DNA of 24,150 nt, taken from assembly GCA_040143965.1 (NCBI GenBank), contig JASJQH010000001.1:62001-86150 (forward strand). Direction: 5' to 3'. Shown one piece after another: positions 12,379 through 22,760 of this stretch. Below the pieces are notes generated by a model that was not told the origin of the DNA, ran no database searches, and worked only from the letters and a program-made list of their open reading frames with translations. Source of the stretch: Basidiobolus ranarum. Lineage: Eukaryota. Within the stretch, counting starts at the first letter, position 1. Every line of letters starts with the position of its first letter. The position numbers and the translations under genes are program-made.

Positions 12379-13959
12379 TTCAATAAGAATGTTTCAAAGC
12401 TGAGAAGAAACTGTATTAACTTAAATAGACGTCAGATATAGTATAAATCATCATATCAATGCTAAACATCTAATAAACATTGAAATCCGCATTACTTCAT
12501 TCTAGTGCATAAAACATAATAACGTCAGGCAGAGTATGTTCTGTGACAAATCAGAGAACAAGGGAGCTATTAGTGGCTAGGTGAGCGTTCAGGGTTTCTT
12601 TATTCTCACCAATTTCACTTGAGCGTAACGACTCAATGACTTGCGTGACGATTGGTCTAAAGCAAAGGGAATCTCTTTCAGATGCAGAGGATTGATGAAT
12701 GATTCATTCCTAGAGTGATCTATACTGATGGGATTGTCTTTCGTGCCACCGACTGCCTTTCATAAAGTGGCTAACCATTCCGACTAGTCATCGCTGAAAT
12801 GAGACCCTCTTACAAAGCAGTCACCTAAACAGAGATAATGAATTGATGGGAATTGCAGGGTGAGTCTTAGCATAATAGACATACACAATGGACATCCACC
12901 TTTAAACTTCGCCATTGGTATAACCAAAATACATATCTAAACTTAGCAATTGGTCTCAGTTCTACTTGAAGTTAAATGTCTCAATTCTAATAATTCTCAT
13001 CATGATGTGCTGTGTCTTGCTTAATCCACCCATCCCTGAGGTACCACATCAGTTTCCCACATTCCAGGATACAACCAGGTTTGTAATCGGGTGATAGTCG
13101 ACAAACCGAGTGGAGGTAGAGGTACAGGCAACTGTAACCACGAATCTCCGAACATAGCGTACTCGGATCAGGAAATGCAAAGTACAAAATCAGAACTCCG
13201 AACCATGAAATGATCGTTGATCTTGGCTGTGCAGTCCAATCGGAACTCACTATTCGTAGGGTTAGATGTAAATATAGCTGGTTTTTACATGCAGAGCCAT
13301 TCCAAGAAACCTCCGTAAAATCACCGTTTTTGAACCGAAATGATGGCTTTGTGAAGCGATAAACAGGCGTATAGGCGTCAGTTCAATGGTAGTCTTAATA
13401 TCGTCTATACAACAGCTTGCCCCTTCCCACAAATGAGACCAGTCCAATATCAATCCACATATCCGGCTCTACCCGAAACCCCTTTCATCGAGTCATGTTG
13501 GCAACTATCAAACCTAGTATATTTATTTTGTCAGGTCACTCTACCTTGGCTTGCATAAGCTCTACATCATTCCACCACACTCATGCTCTCACATATGATC
13601 CTACGCTTCTGTCTCAGAGTCATGTGATGGTAGATTTTTCCGATCAATACAAAGGGAGCGCGAGAAGGTTAATTATAGATGGGCAGTTGGGTGAATGACG
13701 CAGACCCCTTTCATTGCTAGAGCATGTTTATAACCTCCTGATTCGATCCTCCGAATTCCGATCAAATTACTTAATAATCTAGGGCTAAGATGCATTTGGC
13801 TTGCTGCAGAAGATGAGTGTTACTTTGAGAAAACGTCAGTTTACTGCTTGAATCGCCGGGTGCTTTGAAATCCTTGATAATCTAAATATGGAAGACTTGT
13901 TCCTCATGTCAACCCTAAGCTTACTCTCAATCACGCCCTCATGGATAGTTGCATCGGTT

Positions 13960-13997
13960 GCATTTGTCGCATTTGTCGCATTTGTCATAGCATTTGC
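13960..13997. repeat. Short tandem repeat (GCATTTGTC)x3 plus a partial copy
   Basis: Exact copies at 13960-13968, 13969-13977 and 13978-13986; GCATTTGC at 13990-13997. Lies upstream of PEPCK. Confidence 0.85.
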
Positions 13998-14424
13998 ACT
14001 TAATTAGCGCTCCATGGACGAGATAGGCTGACTGCTGCATCTGTCCGATTCATTCCTTCATCAAAACCATGTGGGGATCACGAAATGGCAGGAGACCAAT
14101 TCACGAACTTTACAACTATGAGACCGTCCTTTTGTTTGGTTCTAAATGATCCGTGGTATTCCGGAATAAGATGGGTCTCACCGCCAAATCTAAATAAATA
14201 GGTTACAGTGACCCTACCATGACTATTTCAGCTCACTCCATTCCCTTCCCTACCCTACTTAACGACTTTCTACCTTTGGAACCTTCATTCTATCACATAA
14301 CACAGAAACCTTTCTCCTTGAACATTCTTACTGTACAAAAAAGATCAACTTGTGAATTTCTTCACTGCTTATTCCCTTTACCATCAATAGTTTATAATTG
14401 AACCAATCAAACTGTAAATTCTAA

Positions 14425-16998
14425 ATGTTTCGTTTAAGGTAAGCGAGCTATTTACTCATTGAATGATGTATTTGGGAATGTTTGTAACGTGGAATCTTTA
14501 GGAATGCCGCCTCATTGTATCCAAAATCCAGCCTTCTACGTAGTGTATCGGTGAGTAACATGTCAATGTCCAAGCTATGCTATCTAGATATCAATGATCT
14601 GAACTTTGGTTTCACCATCTAGTCTACCATAAATCAGTCACGCAGACTACCACATGTGAAATTGTTACGCAGCTATTATACTGGTGGCAATCAAAAACTA
14701 AAAGAATGGGTGGCCAAACATGAGAAGACCTTAAAACCATCTAAAGTCCATTGGGTCGATGGATCTGAACAAGAGTACAAACAACTAGTCGATTCGTTAG
14801 TTAAACGTGGAGTCATGATACCATTGAATCCCGAAAAACGACCAAATTCATACTTGACTCGTACGGACCCAGCAGATGTTGCTAGAGCAGAAAGTTCCAC
14901 CTTCATATGCTCCAAAAACCCGGAAGATGCGGGGTATGTTTCAATGTCATGTTGTCTATGCGAGTCTGAGATATCTAAATTCTGAATATCCTCTCAAACT
15001 AACTCTCATATTCTGTTCACTTCAGTCCTACTAATAATTGGGTGAACCCAGAAGAAATGAGGGCTCAACTTGCTAAAAATTTCGATGGTTGTATGGAAGG
15101 TAAACCTAGTTGATCTCGAATAATATTCTTATTCTGCATTGATATCAACCCAGTCTTCTGCCTTTTTTCGTATTCTCGCATAGGACGCACGATGTATGTT
15201 ATTCCATTTAGCATGGGTCCCATCGGCTCTCCATTAGCGAGAATAGGTGTACAACTTACAGATTCTCCTTTTGTGGTTGCTAATATGCGTATCATGACAC
15301 GCATGGGGAGTAAAGTCCTAGAACAACTTGGTGATAAAGGTGAATTTGTCCCATGTGTGCATTCCGTTGGATGCCCATTACCCAACGGTAAAGAAGATTC
15401 TCTATGGCCTTGTAATATTCCAGAACGAAAAGTTGTACATTTCCCAGAATCAAGAGAAATTTGGAGCTTTGGCTCAGGGTAATGATAAATTTGTAATATC
15501 CCTTTTGACTTTCACTAGAGAAGAGTACTCACTCCATATTTAGATATGGTGGTAATTCACTTTTAGGCAAGAAATGTCTTGCTTTACGTATCGCTTCAGT
15601 AATGTCAAGAGATGAAGGAACTCTAGCAGAACATATGCTGATTCTGGGATTAACAAGTCCCGAAGGAAAGAAGCACTACGTTGCCGCTGCTTTCCCAAGG
15701 TAATGGTCTATATTGAAAGAAAACACGACAAGTTCCAAATATTAAAAATGATATATATACCATTTGCCAATGTAGTGCATGTGGTAAAACCAATCTAGCG
15801 ATGATGGAACCAGCATTGCCTGGATGGAAAATTGAAACGGTCGGCGATGATATTGCTTGGATGAGAATTAACGAGAAAGACTCGCGTTTATACGCAATTA
15901 ATCCCGAGGCAGGCTTCTTTGGAGTCGCTCCGGGCACCTCCAGTTCAACAAACCCTAACGCGATGGAATCAATTCGTAGTGATACTATATTCACGAATGT
16001 TGCATTAACGGAAGATGGTGATGTCTGGTGGGAGGGTATGAGTAAACAGCCCCCCTCAGGTAAAATTATCGATTGGCATGGTAACGAATGGGAAAAAAGT
16101 GAATCAGAGCCTGTGCGTAAAGAGCCTTTAGCTCATTCAAATTCCCGTTTTACTACATCTATATCTCAATGTCCAGTTAAAGACCCACGTTGGGAAGATC
16201 CCAATGGAGTACCCATCTCTGCCATTATCTTTGGGGGTAGACGTGAACATTCAATCCCTCTAGTATTCCAAGCTTTAAATTGGAATCATGGCGTCCTCTG
16301 TGGAGCTTCAGTAGCAAGTGAAAAGACTGCAGCAGCTGAAGGAACTGACATCGGAATAGTAAGACATGACCCATTTGCAATGCTACCCTTCTGTGGGTAT
16401 AATATGGGAGACTACTTCAAGTAAGTTCTAGAGTTCAGTCGAAATAATAGCCAACGCAAGTATTATTTACTGAACGGTACGATTTACCTGCATTTTTCTA
16501 GACACTGGATCTCTATCGGTCAAACTTCCCCAGATCCATCGAAACTTCCAGCAATTTTCCACGTTAACTGGTTCCGTAAAGGATCAGATGGGAAATTTCT
16601 CTGGCCAGGATTTGGAGACAATTCACGGTAGATGGGTTTGATTGATTTTGCATGCTATACATTCATAATAACAATTGAAATTTAGAGTTTTAAAATGGAT
16701 TGTGGAACGTATTGATAACCCTGAATCTGATGCCCAGATGTCACCGATCGGATATCTACCCAAGCCAAACTCTCTAGATCTTTCTGGAATTGAAGAGGTA
16801 GCCACACCAGAGGTGATGTCAGAGCTTCTCAATGTCAGTAGAGAATCCTTTATGAATCAAGTTCGTGAAAATCGGGAATACTTCTCGGTATTTGGTGAAC
16901 ATTTCCCCAAGGAATTGAAAGACGAATTGGATCAAATGGAAGCTCGACTCAAGGCGAATCAACAAGTGGAAAGTGCTGGCAAAGAAGCGGTAGTTTAA
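14425..16998 (+). CDS. pckG: GTP-dependent phosphoenolpyruvate carboxykinase (EC 4.1.1.32) with a predicted mitochondrial presequence, 660 aa, 9 exons
   Basis: Exons 14425-14438, 14502-14550, 14623-14933, 15026-15099, 15184-15478, 15544-15699, 15776-16420, 16502-16627, 16686-16998 (1983 nt). GTP-family motifs [110 protein letters not shown] and [15 protein letters not shown]. Confidence 0.97.
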
Positions 16999-17770
16999 AC
17001 AATAAGCTTAAAAATTGAGTACCTACTCATGATAGCCTTTCCTTCACTCTTGGATAATGTGATGCAGCACACCTTTGTCGTCACACCTTTCGTCATTAGG
17101 TGTTTGTTGCATTTATTATCATTTACTTTAAAATATGAGACACTGTTATGATGAAACAAATGTATCCCCAAATATCTTATTTACACAAATTCCAGTACAA
17201 TAAATTCTAGATATAAATTGAACTTTTTAGATTCTATAGTGAGTGGTTCATCTTTGATATTTATTCCATAGCCACAGTATAACAGTGGTTTATCATTCAT
17301 ATTCTGCTTTATCCTTTTGCAAAAGGTATTTTCAGTCATAGCTGCTAGTATACAGGCAAGTATGAGTATGTCCTAACCGCTTATAATTCCTATATATATA
17401 TCAGCCAACGCTAACATACATCTTGACAATGTTGAAGTTAGGCAGAGGTGGATCTAAATTTCCAAGTTAAAATATCTTTCTTGGACAGATTATAGCATGA
17501 TAATTATGAAAGATAATTGAATCAATTTGAATAACCAGAGTTGATATCTGATTTGAACTCAGAGTTTCACTAATACTTAAGGCTATACAAATATATATAT
17601 AATATACTATTATGGAGAATAGTTCAATCACTTCTAGCTTCAACAGCTTGTGTATTATGTCAATCACCAAGGCTTTCTATAGCAATTTACGTCTACCACT
17701 AATCAGCTAAGTGTTTACTCTGATGAGATACACTTTATAAATGTTAGTCATGATCTATGACAATGAATAC

Positions 17771-17820
17771 AGTAAATAGCTAAGAATGAATTGAAAGTAA
17801 ATAGCTAAGAATAGATTGAA
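17771..17820. repeat. 25-bp tandem duplication
   Basis: agtaaatagctaagaatgaattgaa (17771-17795) followed by agtaaatagctaagaatagattgaa (17796-17820); 2 mismatches. Confidence 0.85.
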
Positions 17821-18486
17821 ATGACCTGGGTACAAACAAAATCTCATTCTGGTTACAGCACAATCGAACCATATCCAGTGTGAGTCATTCGTATCATTTC
17901 GTGTCATCAGATTCTCACCATGAATTCATATATTCGTAGTCATAAAAGGGGAAAGATGGGCAGAATAAACCAATTAGCGTGCGATAATGATTCCCAACCC
18001 TTTGAAGAAACAGGAAGATTAGTAATCGAGTGAAATCTAAGTGAGATGCAAGTGGAATCCAACTGAAGGTAATTATTCATCATCGTGGGTGTGCGGGTGT
18101 CAATTTAACTCTTTAATATGGATCGAGATGGTATCACTAAATTCCAATTACTTGATTGTCCTACGATGTGGTTAGTGCTACATTGGTATTGGGATTACAG
18201 TATGGGAATAAGGTTGAAATTAAGTTTGATGAGTAAGTGCACAGCCTACTGTATATGGTAGTAAGGCTAAATTAGGCAGACTATCGAGACATTTTATTCG
18301 CTAACTCATCAGCAATGTGAGATCTTTTCCTTTTAAGTGATTCGATATCGTATTTAGTATATGATTCCCCAGTGGTGTTAGGCTCAATTGATCTAGCTGA
18401 GTAGAGTGATTTACTAATATTTGGTAGTGTTGGGTTATGTTACAGGTAATCACAATACAATGCGAGGATGAGAGAGTAGGACTATT

Positions 18487-18504
18487 GAGAGAGAGAGAGA
18501 GAGA
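18487..18504. repeat. (GA)9 microsatellite in the probable 3' UTR of the MFS gene
   Basis: Read directly: nine GA units about 50 nt past the MFS stop codon. Confidence 0.9.
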
Positions 18505-18552
18505 AAGTAAGACTATTATAGGTGAGTTATATATATGTATTTCTGTGATCCA

Positions 18553-20491
18553 CTAATGTCCACTAGCTGCAATAACGTTGTCCGATTGTTTCTTTCTTAT
18601 GGCTGGGATTTTACGTAAGAACAGTAATACGATCACGGCAAGAATTCCAAAAGGAATCACCGACAGAAAACTTTTATTCAACGCATTGACGTACGCGCCA
18701 ATGACTCCTTTGCGAATCTCTGGGTCTAGTTGTTGAATGGCGGTGACCGAAAGGGCTGCAGTTTCCGACTTTATACAAATGGTTTAGTCGAGCAGATTGG
18801 AGTGAAAATGAAATTAAAAAGGAGCTCACCGAAGTAGAAGGTAACACTTTCTTGATATTCTCACCAAGGAAATTGGTTAGAACTGCACCTTGAATGGCTA
18901 CACCAAATACACCACCAATAGTTCTTAAGAATGTCACCAGAGATGTAGTAGAGGCAATATCTGTAAATGATTAGATGTTATGAGATATGGAAAGCTTCTA
19001 CAAACACTGTCAGTCATAAAATATTACCTTTAACCTCAACTGAAGCTTGCGCCGCTAACAACAATGTTTGAATCTCGCAACCAAAGCCAACTCCAATGAG
19101 TACTAAGTAAATAATTAATAGCGCGCGACTGGTATTTTCATTCAAAGTGGATGATAACCCCAAACCAACTGTTAATATTACAGCTCCTGGAACTGCAAAC
19201 ACTCGATACCACCCACGAGAAGCAGAAACCGCGCCAGAAAGTATGGAGGTAGAGGTGACACCTAACATGAATGGAAGGAGTTGAAGTCCAGCCCCAGTGG
19301 CTGTATATCCTTTGACCACTTGAAAGTAAATGGGCAAGTAATACTGTGCACCAAATACACTGGCACCCACCATAAAGAATCCAATACTAGAGACAAGTAC
19401 ATTTCGAATTTTGAACAGATGTGGTGCGATTAATGGTTCTTTCGACGTTTTTAACTCAACAAGTACGAAAGCAATCAGTAGTATAAAGCCAACGCAGTAA
19501 ACCGATATTACCACTGGGGATGACCAAGGATAGTCATTACCACCCCAGTTAGTGGCGAGCAAAATACATATAACCGAGCCCAGGAGAGTGAAAATTCCCC
19601 AATAATCGATTTTGTACAACTTCTCACGAAATGAGCCTTCAGGAACTGGCATCTTCAACATGAATATGACAACAAACAAAGTAATAGCTCCAATAGGCAT
19701 ATTGATATAGAATGCCCAGCGCCAGCTAACATGATCGGAGAATATACCACCCAGTAGCGGACCCAATACTCCAGATAGGGCAAACACTGCACCAATAACG
19801 CCAAGATATTTGCCGCGCTTATGGAGAGGGAAAATATCTTGTTATAAGAGAAGAGAGGTTAAAAACGAAGCTCAAAAAATAGCGTGTGTAGAGAGTCACT
19901 TACCAGAAATGATAATCACTACCAAGCAAATTATACCACCACCGCCGATTCCAGACACCGCACGGAATATAATCAGCATTGTCATATTCTGGGACACTCC
20001 ACACATAATCGAACCACCCAAGAATGTAACCAATGCAAAAAGAATAGTCGCTTTACGGCCAAAGATATCAGAAAACTTGCCATATAACGGTTGAAACGAT
20101 GTGAATGTTAATAGATAAGACGTTGCTACCCATGACACTTGGTTCAAAGCATTGAATTCTGATGAAATGGCAGGAAGTGCTGTAGCTACAATAGTCTGAT
20201 CTAGTGAAGCGAGAAAGATCGCAAGCATCAGACTAATAGATTACACTCTTACAGTTAGTCAGAATTTACTGAAGTCTTAGTAAAGAATCGGTATACATAC
20301 CCTACGAATATAATGATGCGTTGACGGGGAGTGTATTTAAGCTCCAACCCTTCAGGATCCATATCGAATTTGATTGTCTTCTCCATGTTATCAATTGCAA
20401 CCTCAGTATCCGCTTTCTCGGTAAACTCCGTGGCTGGAGATGGAGTCACAGTTGTGCTCTCGGAGTCGTCTTTTACCTTCAAACTTGTCAT
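18553..20491 (-). CDS. MFS drug:H+ antiporter, DHA2 (14-TMS, EmrB/QacA/Azr1-like), 558 aa, 5 exons
   Basis: Exons 20491-20301, 20232-19904, 19837-19028, 18960-18830, 18768-18553 (1677 nt). Motif D1 FLASLDQTIVATALP, WVATSYLL, motif A YGKFSDIFGRK, motif B IFRAVSGIGGGG, motif C GPLLGG...WRWAFYINMPIG, motif E IDYWG, and FLRTIGGVFG. Confidence 0.95.
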
Positions 20492-22373
20492 TTGTGGTGA
20501 GAAATACGGCTTCTGTACGTACAATCTGCTTCTATTTAAATAGTTGCACCCCTCCCGTGTCATCAAAAAAACCTGCAACATTGGGGTCACACCAGCTGTG
20601 ACTCAACAAAGCCCATGAATCTGTGTACTTCAAGCACATTATCAAATAGTCTAATCCTGTGTAGAACTAGCTTTATTTAACTACGGCTATCCTGAATCGG
20701 GGGTGAGAGTACCGAGAGCTGGAGCTGGATTAGCTACTCCACAGGCTGTCGGATTATGGCCATCGGATTCTTCAATCTTTTTAGGTGACTTCCTTAAGGA
20801 TAAATTCATATCCGAAAATCCCACGCTATGAGACATTCATAAATTCAATTAAGCATGCCACTCATCAACCACCTAATTCACACTGCCAATGGTTAACCTA
20901 ACCCTAATACTTCAGAAGACAAGCATCCTTATCCTATCAGTATATAGGTTACATTCCAATACTCTACCATTCTACTTGACTCTTCTAGAGCGTATTTCAA
21001 GTGTATTTTTTAATGACGCTAGAGTCGTACAACAATTGTTTGTGGTTATAGTTGACGGGTCATTTGTTTCCATCCTAATTAATGGCTTTTATTTCATCTG
21101 CTGTATATTCGGCAAAAATCCTATCCGCCAGTAAAAATCAACTTTACTAGTGTAACGACGTTGATCTTCGTAGCGTGGTTGCACCTGAGAGAGTGATGAC
21201 CATTCAACGGTTCTATATACACAACATTGTTCTCTTTAACTTACTTACTAGCCAATAATATCACTTCGTTTGATTCAGAAAAAAAGAGCAGATTCAGCGA
21301 AAGTTCAAATGGATATTTTGTGACACATGATCTGAGAAAAGCGGATTAAGTAAATTTGTAAAGCCTAAAGTAAAGCCACATCGTACATTAGTAACCAATG
21401 TTTGGTCATACGAACGGATTTATCGTATAGCAAAATGAAAGGCCATTAAATAAAAAAGTAAATATCACACCAAATTGTCTAACCCTAACCCTAAGCCATA
21501 TATCCTTTTTGTCGGGTCATAGTAAGCTATTACTACCCTTACCAGACTCTCCATTAATTCGCACGTAGCTGAAAAAGGTTTTGCGTATTCTTACATACAA
21601 TGGTTAGTGTGTATCCATACTGATGAAGAACTGACAATGGGAAAATAGATTTCGTTGAGTTAGCACAGTGGAACTTGCAGTATCAATTGAGTTATATTTC
21701 TGGCGATATACTGAATAGCACAATATATAGTTGGTTAGTCTATGGTACCTGTACATACAGTATTCTATGTGAATACAATGTACACTAATATCTACCTGTT
21801 TTCAGCTTCTATTCTCCTACAGAATCCCATTTCCTCCCTAGTTTGTCAACTTGAGGTAGAACATTTGCAAAAGTTGGCCATATTAACAAAATGGCTCAGA
21901 GACTAAGCTATTCAGTGTATTGGCACAATTATCATGCTGATTTTGAATAAGCAGCATATTCAGGAACATATTCCATCATCGATCTAGTGCAACAATCCAT
22001 TCATGTTTTGATTTGCAAGCATGTTCAGTAACAGTTTTCCTATTACTGCAGTTAATCTTGACAACTGCTGATCTTATAATACTACAATGTCTGTTGAGAT
22101 CACTTGTATACCAACTCATCACAACTAGCAATAGCAACTAATTGTTATGTAGAATGTCAACGTATGCTTATAACTGGCCATATAGACCTTCAGAAAGTAT
22201 ACTCGAGATTAACTGTATGGCAGAGTAAGTGAAATATCATTCGAATGCCAGGAATAATAGTTTTTCTGATATGTAGCAAATATAGAAGTTGCGAGAACAC
22301 TAAAATTTATTTTCAAATACTGCTCTTTCAACTACTGTGAAGTACAAGGGTTGTACTGCTCTGATTGAATTAA

Positions 22374-22760
22374 CTACTCTTGCCCAAATAAGGGGTTGAA
22401 CGAGTGTTCACCACCGCGTTTTTTGGCATAGACTGATGCTGTTTGCTCTCCTTCAATTTCGGCACTGGGTCCATCCTGATACTTGACTCTAGCAAATTTC
22501 TTGTTGCTTGCTTTGGCGGTATTGAGGTTATCGTGCTTACGAGTAACGGTGATGAATTTCTGCTTTAGTATTGGGACGCTAGCTACTGGTGCTACTCTTG
22601 TTTGAATACCACAAAGATATCCTTGTTGAATACACGGACTACCTACATATCGACCATATACTTGTGGGCTATACCGGTAAGGATAGTAGCTGACTGGAAT
22701 ACCAAAGGCGACTTGGAAGAGAACACCAAAGGAAACTAGTGCGGTGACGAATAGTTGCAT
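22374..22760 (-). CDS. Small secreted protein of unknown function, 128 aa, intronless
   Basis: ATG at 22760 opens a signal-peptide-like segment, MQLFVTALVSFGVLFQVAFG|IP. A TATA-like TATATATA lies about 55 nt upstream (22814-22821). The open frame is richer in GC than its AT-rich flanks. Confidence 0.75.
   Translation of the reverse strand: MQLFVTALVSFGVLFQVAFGIPVSYYPYRYSPQVYGRYVGSPCIQQGYLCGIQTRVAPVASVPILKQKFITVTRKHDNLNTAKASNKKFARVKYQDGPSAEIEGEQTASVYAKKRGGEHSFNPLFGQE

Noticed and set aside
12987-13698. Three short ORFs in the PEPCK upstream region
   Set aside because: No recognisable domains and no consistent splice structure; region reads as regulatory DNA.
14219-14401. Possible 60-codon uORF ending 24 nt before the PEPCK ATG
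   Set aside because: Its ATG lies only about 20 nt after the TATA-like box and may precede the TSS; pyrimidine-rich DNA is naturally poor in stops. Cannot be supported without TSS data.
14504-14550. ATG giving MPPH..., reminiscent of the vertebrate PCK1 start
   Set aside because: Out of frame with PEPCK after splicing and stops within a few codons of exon 3; coincidence.
17061-17112. SECIS element
   Set aside because: No AUGA/GA quartet in the right geometry and no in-frame UGA in the adjacent CDS.
18553-22760. Secondary-metabolite gene cluster around the MFS pump
   Set aside because: No synthase, tailoring enzyme or transcription factor gene in the window.
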